61,299 nucleotides of DNA, taken from the IMG/VR virus record IMGVR_UViG_3300007760_000655, positions 1 through 61,299 of that record; one strand, given 5' to 3'. Shown here one piece after another: positions 39,777 to 48,916 of this stretch. A program made the position numbers and the translations under genes. The first letter of the stretch is position 1. Every line of letters begins with the position of its first letter. The notes under the pieces were generated by a model. It worked only from the letters and a program-made list of their open reading frames with translations. It searched no databases and had not been told where the DNA came from. The stretch comes from a virus (taxonomy: Duplodnaviria; Caudoviricetes).

Positions 39777-40256
39777 ATGGCAATTAATTATCAAGTAAAA
39801 GTTAAACAACTCAATACTGTCGTATTTGACAACATTTCAGCGAACTCTGAGGAAGAGGCTATTAAAATAGCAGAGGAGAACGCTGAGTGCGAGTGGGCAG
39901 ATAAATTGAAGGAGTACAAGGTTACTTCCCAAGCGTTTGCTTTAGAGGACAGAAAGGTCTATATTGACACTTACGAGAAATCAAGACGAGATATTGGCGA
40001 CCCCGTTCGTCCGAACTATGCAAACATTTACGAGGTTCGTGCTGACTATGATGTACCAGAGGTTGGTGAAAACTACTACCAAATACGGTATTTTTCGCCT
40101 AGACTAACCCAAAACTACCAGATGGAAACTTGCTATCATGAGGAGAACTATCCTTATAAGAGTTTACAATATGTTAGGGACGCAGCTAGTAACTGGGAAA
40201 GAGGTATTAAGAAATTAGACCTTAAATTCGACAATGACGAAACGAGGTATTTCTAA
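39777..40256 (+). CDS. Hypothetical protein
   Basis: AGGAGG SD. Confidence 0.6.
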   Translation: MAINYQVKVKQLNTVVFDNISANSEEEAIKIAEENAECEWADKLKEYKVTSQAFALEDRKVYIDTYEKSRRDIGDPVRPNYANIYEVRADYDVPEVGENYYQIRYFSPRLTQNYQMETCYHEENYPYKSLQYVRDAASNWERGIKKLDLKFDNDETRYF

Positions 40257-40945
40257 TGGAAGAAGTACCTGCCGAGTGGAAAGTTTATGTTCTCAATAAG
40301 CAAAGAGATAACCTCAAGAAATTTCTAACAGAGAAAGGGTTTAATGACGACATGATTAAAGAAGTTGCAAAAACAGGTCGCACACCAGAACAAGCAATCA
40401 AAGAGAAGTATTCTACTACTCAGGAAAAGAATGATAAAGTTCGTTCCTACCTCAAGAACTACTGGGGTTACACTCATAGAATGATAGATGAGGTTATGAA
40501 AACAGGAGAAACTCCTCATAGAGCAGAATACTTAGACGATGGAACTATGGTACTAGGCAAAAAGCTTCTCACTACTACTGAGAAGAAGGCAAACTTGGAG
40601 AAATACCTATTAGATGTAATCGGTTATACCTACAAGATGGTAGAAGAAATCCAAGAAACTGGTCTTTTAGACCCAGCATTGCAACCATACCCATCAAAAG
40701 ATAACAACCCTATCTCACCACAACACTACCAACAAGGCAACATTCAAGTACTTGACTTCATTACTGACCAGAAATTCACTTATCTAGAAGGTAATATAGT
40801 CAAGTATATTAGTCGTTATAAGACTAAAAATGGTATCGAGGACTTACACAAAGCACAATACTACTTGAATGAACTTATACAACAAGTCTTTAAACAAGAC
40901 GATAAAATAGCAGACGAAATAGACGAGGAGATACTCTGTGGATAA
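40256..40945 (+). CDS. DUF3310 (T7 gp1.7-like) domain protein with three N-terminal repeats
   Basis: SPQHYQQG...GNIVKYISRYKTKNGIEDLHKAQYYL. Confidence 0.8.
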   Translation: MEEVPAEWKVYVLNKQRDNLKKFLTEKGFNDDMIKEVAKTGRTPEQAIKEKYSTTQEKNDKVRSYLKNYWGYTHRMIDEVMKTGETPHRAEYLDDGTMVLGKKLLTTTEKKANLEKYLLDVIGYTYKMVEEIQETGLLDPALQPYPSKDNNPISPQHYQQGNIQVLDFITDQKFTYLEGNIVKYISRYKTKNGIEDLHKAQYYLNELIQQVFKQDDKIADEIDEEILCG

Positions 40946-41243
40946 TATTATAAAAAACCAGTCTGATAAGGTTAAAGAACTAGAGCAACGAATATTAAAA
41001 CTAGAATCTAAGGTTGAAATCCTAAAAGAGGTACTAATGGAAAGTAAACCGAAAACCTTTAAATTCTACTCTGAAGAAGAAACAAAAGCACTGTTAGATG
41101 CACTAACAGGAGTACCCCTAGGCCCACAAGTGATGAAAACTTGTCAAAGGCTTATAGAACTCGGTTGGAACGACCGTTTCGACCAAAAACGCACAGCTTC
41201 CGCTCTGCGTTCCAAATATCTACGCTTAATAGGTGAAAAATAG
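40938..41243 (+). CDS. Hypothetical protein with coiled coil and Myb/HTH-like C-terminus
   Basis: YSEEETKALL...RTASALRSKY. Confidence 0.5.
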   Translation: MDNIIKNQSDKVKELEQRILKLESKVEILKEVLMESKPKTFKFYSEEETKALLDALTGVPLGPQVMKTCQRLIELGWNDRFDQKRTASALRSKYLRLIGEK

Positions 41244-41797
41244 CGAAAACAAATGGTTTTGGCTGGACTACTGCTTTGGTGGTACTTTAGGCATAATTAT
41301 AGCTTCGCTCTTCACGTCCAATCACTATATAGCTGCAACTTGGTTCATAGTATCAGGGATAATTTTTAACATCTATATGAGCGATAGAAGAAATTCCCAA
41401 CAGTGAACTTCCAATTCATCCAACATATCAAAAATAGTTAACATATGTTGCTCAAAATATGATATAATTATAGTAATTTTTAAATACTTAAAAAATCTAT
41501 TTAGTTTTTACTACTGGGTAAAGAAATTTCCGAGATATCACTACATCTGACTGATGAGCCTAAAGCGAATCATGGCAGATGTGTTGATGATATTGAAGGA
41601 AATTTTACTAAATAAATTTTTAATACGATAAATAGTCAAAGCCTATTACTGCGTTCTAAAGCCGTGTGATTATACTACTTTGAAGTTACACTACTATAAT
41701 AAGTCATATTTAAACTTTTAAAGCGTACCTAAATTTGAAGCAGAGCAGGACAATTTAATGAAGTTATATACTGCATCTTTAGTGAACTCCATCGCCG

Positions 41798-42033
41798 TCG
41801 TTTAGCGTAAACTACCTTTTCAAATCACCATTCTTCCTCGACAATTCTAGTCGATAAACCTCATTCTTAGCATAACTATGGGAAACAACTCTTAGCATAA
41901 CGGGGCAAAAATATCCTTTCAGGATAAAATTTGCCCAATTTAGCGTAGACTGATTTCCCAACTTAGCGTAAATTCTTTTAGACGAAAAAAATGCCACCCG
42001 AAGGTGGCACTTTGCTATCGTTTAGCGTAAATT
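41798..42033 (+). repeat. Six direct copies of YTTAGCRTAR
   Basis: Copies at 41801, 41866, 41891, 41939, 41962, 42021. Confidence 0.75.
41985..42013. terminator. Intrinsic terminator (mainly minus strand)
   Basis: A7-TGCCACC-CGAA-GGTGGCA; UUCG loop on the minus strand. Confidence 0.75.
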
Positions 42034-42105
42034 AACTAAGATAGGCTAAAAATAGTAGTGGAAAAAATACTATTAAAAACAATATATCAATCCAATCTAG
42101 GTGTT

Positions 42106-42348
42106 TCATAATTTCCTCCAATGTTTCATTATAATTCCGTGAAATTCCTCTAGTGCAGTTACTATGTCTTGATAAACATCCCACCCATGCTCTTCCCATG
42201 CGTAGTGATTAGCATCTGCTTGCCCTAAATCGTCTAGTTTGCTAACTTCTTGTAAACTTAGGCGATATTCTTCGTACTCTTTGATTAACTCAAATAGCGT
42301 AAGGGTTTTTAACCACTCTCTATTACCAGAATTTGTATACTTATGCAT
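42106..42348 (-). CDS. Hypothetical protein
   Basis: AGGAGG SD. Confidence 0.55.
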   Translation of the reverse strand: MHKYTNSGNREWLKTLTLFELIKEYEEYRLSLQEVSKLDDLGQADANHYAWEEHGWDVYQDIVTALEEFHGIIMKHWRKL

Positions 42349-42600
42349 ATCGACCTCCTAGTAATGTAGGTGAGTTCTGTTGTACCTTTCTTGTTGAAAG
42401 GCAGTTAATTTCTTGTCCTTGTCTTTCCGTCCTAAGAAAATTAGGGTAGAAAACAGAACAGTTACTATAATAAAAAATGTTGTCATACTTCTTGCTCCTC
42501 CTAGATGTGTAATTCCATTAGAATTACGAATTGTAATGTTAAAATAGCTATTGGGACTATCGTACGGACTACTTCCATACTTATACGGAAAGTTCTCATA

Positions 42601-42930
42601 CTAGAAACCCTCCTTTAAGTCCTCCACTAATACTTTCAGATATAATAATTCTGCTTTAGACGACTTCTCTAGCGTCTGTAAGCGTTCCTTATCGCCCCTT
42701 AACATATCAGCGATTTCCTCGACCATTTGTAACTTAGTAATGGGTTTTTCACCACGCTTAGTAACATAGTCTTTTTTAATGTAAACCTTTTCACGGGACA
42801 GTTTACCTATGACTGACTTAACAGTCTTACCCATTTCCATTGCCAACTTATCTACTGTTTCACGGCATGGATTTGATTGATATACCTCAATCATGTGCTT
42901 TGTTTGTTCGTCAGTATAATTCTTTGCCAC
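42601..42930 (-). CDS. A2-like DNA-binding protein (paralogue 1)
   Basis: KNYTDEQ...LAMEMGKTVKSVIGKL...LEKSSKAEL; resembles T5 A2. Confidence 0.7.
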   Translation of the reverse strand: MAKNYTDEQTKHMIEVYQSNPCRETVDKLAMEMGKTVKSVIGKLSREKVYIKKDYVTKRGEKPITKLQMVEEIADMLRGDKERLQTLEKSSKAELLYLKVLVEDLKEGF

Positions 42931-43298
42931 TATACTAACTCCTTAATGCGCCCTAGTAATCCTTCTAGGTCTACTTTAGTCGCATTCTTTAGAGAACTTA
43001 GTCCATCAATACCTAAACGGTCTTGAATGTCTACTACTAGTTCATCTTTAGTAACCTGCTTTGGCTTAGCAGTTTTAGTACTTAGTTTGATGTAATGACC
43101 TACGGCAACTAATTTAGCACGAATAGAACCTACAGTCTTGCCCATTTCTTTAGCAAGTCTTTCAATTACTGCTCTGCGTTCGTCATCAGAGTTACCCTCG
43201 CCATACAACTTTATGATACGAGCGACTTGCTCGTCTGTATAATTTTTCTTCATATTCCTTGCTCCTTCAAGTTGTTGTAAGTAAAATCTCTCACCCAT
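42930..43298 (-). CDS. A2-like DNA-binding protein (paralogue 2)
   Basis: KNYTDEQ...LAKEMGKTVGSIRAKL...SLKNATKVDL. Confidence 0.7.
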   Translation of the reverse strand: MGERFYLQQLEGARNMKKNYTDEQVARIIKLYGEGNSDDERRAVIERLAKEMGKTVGSIRAKLVAVGHYIKLSTKTAKPKQVTKDELVVDIQDRLGIDGLSSLKNATKVDLEGLLGRIKELV

Positions 43299-43482
43299 GA
43301 TAAATCCTCTCTACTGATAGGACATTCTTGTGGGCGAATTTCCTTGCAGATATATTCTTTGCACTTTTTAGATTACGAGCAAATACGTATTCGTTAGAAT
43401 GATTTACTCCATCGAAGGTGTGCAACTTGAATACATTGCTTCGGGTTTTGGTCTGGTTTTTTAGATAATTTTTCATTATCAT
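43291..43482 (-). CDS. Small hypothetical protein
   Basis: Directly after promoter 43483-43511, possibly near-leaderless. Confidence 0.45.
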   Translation of the reverse strand: MIMKNYLKNQTKTRSNVFKLHTFDGVNHSNEYVFARNLKSAKNISARKFAHKNVLSVERIYHG

Positions 43483-43511
43483 ATTATACTAAAATTTCAC
43501 CTTTTTGTCAA
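43483..43511 (-). promoter_or_regulatory. sigma70 promoter
   Basis: TTGACA-17nt-TATAAT. Confidence 0.85.
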
Positions 43512-43710
43512 GAACTTTATTAACCGAAACTGCAAAATAAATCGCAAAATTACTTCTGGGCCGCGACCACGAAATCTTTGCCCGAATTGCCCCAACTTGG
43601 CCCCAATTCGGCTCAAACTGGTCATGAATTGCGTCAATTCGGGCTGAAAGCCCACCGTTACGCCCAGTTGGGCAGAATTTGATTAAATTGGTCTTTTTCG
43701 AAAATAATTC

Positions 43711-43739
43711 TTGACAATTTGCCAAAATTCATGTATAAT
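43711..43739 (+). promoter_or_regulatory. sigma70 promoter with no credible downstream gene
   Basis: TTGACA-17nt-TATAAT; hairpin terminator at 43908-43942. Confidence 0.75.
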
Positions 43740-44070
43740 ATATGTTATAATGGGGAAATTTGTGTCGCCCGCGGTCGGCGCAGATTAGTACTTAGGTGGG
43801 AGGCCGATTCGGTGCAAAATGGTACTTAGCTCTCGGCGCAGGGAACAAGGTTTTGGCGCATATCAGTACTTAGGTCGGTGCAAAGCACCATTTTTTGTGC
43901 TGCACACAAAAAAGCCCCAAATCACCGTAGTGTGGGGCTTTTCGAGGGCATCTTCTATCTTTAGTCTGCCATGCTCATGTCCTAGAGAGTCGCAGAGGTC
44001 AATTTTAACCACCTTTCCGAGTGGCCTCTCAGGGGGTTTTTCTTACCCGACCCCGAGAGAGGGGGTCTTA

Positions 44071-44397
44071 CTAACCTAAGTTGTCAACAAGGTTTTGGAG
44101 GTCAACTTTAGTCGCTTTGACTAGAGAAGGCATCTCGAAACCGAAGTGGTTTTCGATTTGTCCTACCAAAGTGCCTTTGGATACAACTGGTAGACCTGTC
44201 TTAGTGACTTTTGCCTCTGTCACATAGAGGTTTAGTGAAACTAACTTGGCGACTATGGACTTAGTAGAGCGACCTAGTTCTTTTGCCATCTCGGTTACGA
44301 ACTCTTTGTTAGTACCTTCTTTTGTAGCATATCCTGATACCAAAGTAGCGACCATTTCGTCAGTGTAGTTCTTTTGTGCGATCTTTTCCAATTTCAT
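44071..44397 (-). CDS. A2-like DNA-binding protein (paralogue 3)
   Basis: KNYTDEM...MAKELGRSTKSIVAKL...MPSLVKATKVDL; own promoter 44445-44473. Confidence 0.7.
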   Translation of the reverse strand: MKLEKIAQKNYTDEMVATLVSGYATKEGTNKEFVTEMAKELGRSTKSIVAKLVSLNLYVTEAKVTKTGLPVVSKGTLVGQIENHFGFEMPSLVKATKVDLQNLVDNLG

Positions 44398-44541
44398 TCT
44401 CCTTAAATGGTGGGTTAAACAATATTTCTCAATTTCTAGATATAATTATACGCCGATTTCACCGAAATGTCAAGATATTTTTTTCGAAAGTTTGGTATAA
44501 ATTCATAATATGAAAAAATCAAATAAATTTGAAAAAAAGTC

Positions 44542-44862
44542 TTGACAAATAATCAAAAATCTGGTATAATCGGCGCGGCCGGCCACTTCGGCGCAGATGC
44601 GCACTTAAAAATCGGCGCTGCCGCGCACTTAGGCGCAGAGCGCGAATGATAATCATTCGCAAATGCGAATGAGAATCATTCTCATTTGGAGAGTTGAATT
44701 TAATTCAATCTAAGTTGAATATTTTTCTCTTGACAATGTCCCAAAATGTGGTATAATTATGTTATGGTCGGGAATCCGTCTGCCCGTCGGCGCAAAGTTG
44801 AATTGAATTCAAGTTAAGTTGAATATTTTTCTCTTGACAATCGTGGTGGTGTAGTGTAAAAT
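44542..44862 (+). promoter_or_regulatory. Three tandem sigma70 promoters in a repeat-rich non-coding region
   Basis: TTGACA..TATAAT at 44542-44570 and 44730-44757, TTGACA..TAAAAT at 44834-44862; ~45-bp direct repeat upstream of the last two. Confidence 0.7.
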
Positions 44863-44898
44863 CGGCGCGCAAATGCGAATGAGAATCATTCGCATTTG
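44642..44898. promoter_or_regulatory. Three Fur-box-like 19-bp palindromes
   Basis: GCGAATGATAATCATTCGC 44642-44660, GCGAATGAGAATCATTCTC 44665-44683, GCGAATGAGAATCATTCGC 44875-44893. Confidence 0.6.
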
Positions 44899-45162
44899 AG
44901 TGTAGTTATAATATTGTGTTGAATGGTGCGACAGTTAGAAGTATTCCAACCATAGCAAAGATATATAATCCAACACACCCCAAACAAAATCCAATTATAT
45001 ATTTTGGTTTCATAAGTTCATACCCCTGAAAAAGCACCAAGCGATAGCAAGGTTAGAAAATAGAATTGCACCAAGTAAAATTGTAATATGTTCTAGTTTG
45101 TATTCGGTATAGTCCATAATAAAATATTGGGGTGATTGCTCACCCCAAGTCCTAGTTAAAAG

Positions 45163-45474
45163 TTAGAGATTAGTAACCATTTTTTCTAAATCTTCTTTGG
45201 TTGCCTTGACCAATGATGGCATTTCAAGATTGTAATGCTCATTGATAATTTTAACCAAATCTGATTTTGAAATAACAGGTTTGCCGTTTTTGGTCTTGCG
45301 TTCTATCTTCTTATATACACCAAGTTGAGATAGTTTTGCAGTAACAGACCTTACAGATTTTCCCAAATCTTTTGCCAATTTCTCGACAGTTTCACGATTT
45401 GGATTTTCTCTATATTCATTCAGAAGTTTTGCAACATCATCTTGATTATAGTTTTTAGGTTGAAGATTTTTCAT
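45163..45474 (-). CDS. A2-like DNA-binding protein (paralogue 4)
   Basis: KNYNQDD...LAKDLGKSVRSVTAKL...MPSLVKATKEDL; start at ATG 45474 after AAAGGA. Confidence 0.7.
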   Translation of the reverse strand: MKNLQPKNYNQDDVAKLLNEYRENPNRETVEKLAKDLGKSVRSVTAKLSQLGVYKKIERKTKNGKPVISKSDLVKIINEHYNLEMPSLVKATKEDLEKMVTNL

Positions 45475-45502
45475 AATCGTTCCTTTAAAATTATCTATGG
45501 TG

Positions 45503-45790
45503 TCAAACACCGACACCATAGATTGTTGCTAGTAAAATCAGATTACCAATTATACCGATAGTATTTCCAACAGTATATAAAGTATCTGATGCCTTTATTG
45601 ACCTAACCAAATATAGAAATAATCCGATTAGAGTCAATGCCACAGTGCCGACAGGAGTTGTCGAACCTGTTTCGATAGATGACATAATCGCTGGAACAGA
45701 GTTGAATTGTAAGCAACCAAGTCCAACCCAACCAGCGACCTCACCATAGTTAAGTTTTATTTTCATATTTTCTCCTTTCTTATTAACCAT
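45503..45790 (-). CDS. 3-TM membrane protein, possibly PQ-loop/SemiSWEET-like
   Basis: Three hydrophobic helices, Pro after TM1, Y..GN in TM3. Confidence 0.4.
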   Translation of the reverse strand: MVNKKGENMKIKLNYGEVAGWVGLGCLQFNSVPAIMSSIETGSTTPVGTVALTLIGLFLYLVRSIKASDTLYTVGNTIGIIGNLILLATIYGVGV

Positions 45791-46011
45791 ACATATATAA
45801 TACCAGATTGCTACCTAAAGTCAAGCAAAAAAGCAACTATTTTACACATTATTTTCTTCTTTTTTTCACCCCATAGGGGGGATAAAAGACCAAGTTTCTT
45901 CTGCAACTGCTGGGCACCCCCGCACGTACTACTTGGGAAATATTCAAGAATCGTAAACGGTGTATTGAAAAAATTTTTTTAATTTTTTTAATGACCTTGG
46001 AAAAATAAGAC

Positions 46012-46040
46012 TTGACTTCGTGCTAAAACTTTGATATAAT
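46012..46040 (+). promoter_or_regulatory. sigma70 promoter for terS operon
   Basis: TTGACT-17nt-TATAAT. Confidence 0.8.
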
Positions 46041-46062
46041 ATCGAGATAATTGGAGAAATAT

Positions 46063-46533
46063 ATGAATAATTTAGCAAAAATTGAAGAAGCACACATTTC
46101 TCCAGAAGGCCTGGAGATTGCGAACACTTACTTAAAGACCACGTCTGTCTCAGAAACAGCCCTTTCCTTAGGCGTGCCTGAGGACGAAGTAAGCAGATAC
46201 TTAAATCAACGTGAAGTGAAGAAATACGTTGACACAGTATTTCTAGACGTTGGCTACAGAAACCGATTCAAGTTAGCAGCAACTTTAGATGAAATTATCG
46301 AAAAGAAGCTGGAAGAGTTGGATGAAGCAGACATGACGTCAAACAAAGACATTGCAGAATTACTTCAATTAGCTCATAAAATGCGTGTTGACGAAATGAA
46401 AATTCAAACAGACGCAGCCAAAGCCGAACAGTCTAGTATCAAACATCAAACTAATGTTCAAATAAATGATAACTCTACTTTCGGTGAGGGTAATTATGGT
46501 GAGCTAATGAAAAAGTTATTGGAGTCAGGTTAA
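46063..46533 (+). CDS. terS: Terminase small subunit (T5-type)
   Basis: SPEGLEIA..YL, EVKKYVD.VF...GYRNR, KKLEEL, AHKMR, QTNVQ match T5 TerS as recalled. Confidence 0.88.
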   Translation: MNNLAKIEEAHISPEGLEIANTYLKTTSVSETALSLGVPEDEVSRYLNQREVKKYVDTVFLDVGYRNRFKLAATLDEIIEKKLEELDEADMTSNKDIAELLQLAHKMRVDEMKIQTDAAKAEQSSIKHQTNVQINDNSTFGEGNYGELMKKLLESG

Positions 46534-46656
46534 TGAATCAAAGTAAATTTGAAGCAATAAAGAAGGCTTCCTTAGAATATACAGAGGAGCAGTATCGTAC
46601 TGCGTATCCTCAACTTACTGAGGAACAGATTTTAATTTTAATAAAAGGAGAGGCGG

Positions 46657-46830
46657 ATGAGCCAAGCAGAGAGAGCGTACAAAGTTCTACAACAACTAAC
46701 AAACGACAAGGAAGCTCCAAGTGGGGAAGATTTCGACAGTTGGACACTTAGGGTAATAGAAGCAATAGCTGAAAAACTTAAGAGTTTAGAACTTAAAGTA
46801 GCCAAGTTGACAGTTAAAGGAAACAAATGA
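46657..46830 (+). CDS. 57-aa hypothetical protein (not in ORF track)
   Basis: AGGAGAGG SD; MSQAERAYKVL...KGNK; ATGA overlap with next gene. Confidence 0.5.
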   Translation: MSQAERAYKVLQQLTNDKEAPSGEDFDSWTLRVIEAIAEKLKSLELKVAKLTVKGNK

Positions 46831-46991
46831 ACGCAGACAAAATTAAACGCAAAATAGCGGAAGGACACACAGATGAAGAAATAGCCGCTATGGCAGGTAT
46901 AACAGCAGACGAGGTTAACAAAATCCGTACTCCTGCACCAAAACCGGCACCCAAAGCTGCACCAAAGAAAGCAGCCCCAAAAAAGAAGTAA
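46827..46991 (+). CDS. 54-aa HTH protein with histone-like PAK-rich tail (not in ORF track)
   Basis: MNADKIKRKIAEGHTDEEIAAMAGITADEVNKIRTPAPKPAPKAAPKKAAPKKK. Confidence 0.6.
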   Translation: MNADKIKRKIAEGHTDEEIAAMAGITADEVNKIRTPAPKPAPKAAPKKAAPKKK

Positions 46992-47001
46992 GGGGAGGAC
47001 T

Positions 47002-47265
47002 ATGGGAGCGCCTGAAAAATGGCACTTATCTAAAGCGATAAGTGTAAGTCATCTTGCAACTACATTTGCCTTAATACTGGCAGGTGTTATATACATTACA
47101 GGTATTGAAAAAGACGTTGCAGTCTTAGAAGCTAATATAGCTAACATGCAAAAACAAATCATTCAGATTGAAACAGACAATAAAGCAATGTTTGAGAAGA
47201 TTGATAAAAAACTCGATCAAATGATTGAAATAATTCACCAGTACCAATTAAAGAGGGATAGCTAA
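47002..47265 (+). CDS. TM + coiled-coil protein
   Basis: GGAGG SD; single TM followed by heptads. Confidence 0.55.
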   Translation: MGAPEKWHLSKAISVSHLATTFALILAGVIYITGIEKDVAVLEANIANMQKQIIQIETDNKAMFEKIDKKLDQMIEIIHQYQLKRDS

Positions 47266-47705
47266 ATGCAATTAAATGATAGGTGGGTAACATTATTATA
47301 CGAAAGTTGTTCGGAAGCAGTCTCACATCTCCAACCCAGGAGAAGACTACTAAGCCAGGATGAAGAAGGACTACTAAATCTTAGTGAGGCAGTTGTTTTT
47401 CTATATGACGAACTTCACAAAGATCCACGCTATCAATTACCTTCAGAGGAAACCTCTAGGGTACTTCACTAATTTAAGCATCATAAATGTGATACTTAGA
47501 TACTGTATTAAAAACTTTCGGGGAGTTTTTATACTTTTATTCTACCCTCTTCGAAAGAAGGGGGTAAACTTATTATGAAAATAACTACTATACTTATCAT
47601 TATATTACTATCGGGTTGTAGTATGTTTTCTGAACAACTGGAGGAACTTCAACGATTAAAATGCGAAGATTCCTCTTCATCTTTATGTGCAGGATTTAAC
47701 GATTA

Positions 47706-48152
47706 ATGACAAAAGAAATTCTAGCAGGCGTGTTAGCCCTATCCTTATCAGGATGTTCGTTATTCGGGCTTAACTCTTTAGAGCCTGGAAACCTTATTAA
47801 AACTACCGCCGCTTCAACTGTAGCTTACGTTACAGGTGGGCCTGTACCTGCACTCTCAGTTTTATTAACCTCAGTAGCAGTCGATGAAGTCTTACCCGAA
47901 GATAAACCCGATGTTACTCAAATTGAAGAAGGAAATAAAGAACAAATGATAGCTTATATAGCACAAAATATTATGTCAAACATCCTATATGTTATTATAG
48001 GATTTTTAGTTTTTACAAACGTTATCGGCCCCTGGGCAGCACAACGCAGAGCTAGACGCAAAGCAGAAGCTGCGGCAGAGGACGCAAGACGTAAACACAA
48101 GTACGATACAATGAAAGCAGAACTTAACGCTCGAAGATTGAACGATAAGTAA
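47706..48152 (+). CDS. Putative lipoprotein with TM segment
   Basis: Lipobox LSGC. Confidence 0.6.
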   Translation: MTKEILAGVLALSLSGCSLFGLNSLEPGNLIKTTAASTVAYVTGGPVPALSVLLTSVAVDEVLPEDKPDVTQIEEGNKEQMIAYIAQNIMSNILYVIIGFLVFTNVIGPWAAQRRARRKAEAAAEDARRKHKYDTMKAELNARRLNDK

Positions 48153-48433
48153 TGAAAAAGCGGAAGCTATCTACCAAACAACGGCAGATAGCATATTGGA
48201 TGTTATTGGTGGGAATGACAATAATTTTATTTTGGAATGGTACATGAATAAAATCACTAGAAGAAATGAACGTAAGGCAGCTCAACTAGAACATACAAAA
48301 AAGAAACTAAAAGAAATAAAAATAAAACCAAAAAGTGGGCAATCAAAATATAAGAAAGCCTACAAGAAGAAACTAAGTCTAGTTAAGAGCTTAAAGAATT
48401 TACAGAAAAGGATTATTAGGAAGGAAGTAAAAA

Positions 48434-48916
48434 ATGCACGAATATAAATGCACAATTTTAAGGGTAATTGATGGAGATACCGTTGATGTCGATATTGACT
48501 TAGGTTTTGGTATATGGATACACAAAGAAAGAGTCAGAGTAATGGGCATAGATACCCCTGAGAGCCGAACTAGAGATTTGGTAGAAAAAGCTTTCGGACT
48601 AGCAGCCAAAGAGCGACTACAGCAACTATTACCCGTGGGCTCACCTAGAGTACTTAAAACAGAAGTGGATAAGAAAGGTGGGGACGCTAAAGGTAAGTTC
48701 GGTCGCATACTAGGGGACTTCTTCGTTGAAATGAACAATGCTGGTCCAAAACGAGTAACAGATGTACTAATTAAAGAGGGGCATGCAGTACCTTACTTCG
48801 GAGGTTCTAAAGATGACTTAGAAGAAGCTCATCAAGCAAATAGAAGAATGTTAGTAAGAACCGGCAAAGTTAGTTTACCCCCAGGCACTTTACCAGAGGG
48901 ACAATTACGATTATGA
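48434..48916 (+). CDS. Thermonuclease (SNase-like)
   Basis: RVIDGDTVD, RVRVMGIDTPE, GKFGRILG. Confidence 0.9.
   Translation: MHEYKCTILRVIDGDTVDVDIDLGFGIWIHKERVRVMGIDTPESRTRDLVEKAFGLAAKERLQQLLPVGSPRVLKTEVDKKGGDAKGKFGRILGDFFVEMNNAGPKRVTDVLIKEGHAVPYFGGSKDDLEEAHQANRRMLVRTGKVSLPPGTLPEGQLRL

Noticed and set aside
41545-41585. Hammerhead ribozyme
   Set aside because: CUGAUGA is present but followed by GAAU, with no stem III or UH cleavage site
43489-44079. ORFs 43489 (-) and 43819 (+)
   Set aside because: They overlap promoters, repeats and terminators and have no protein-like features
41798-44900. CRISPR array
   Set aside because: Repeats are short, degenerate and irregularly spaced; no cas genes
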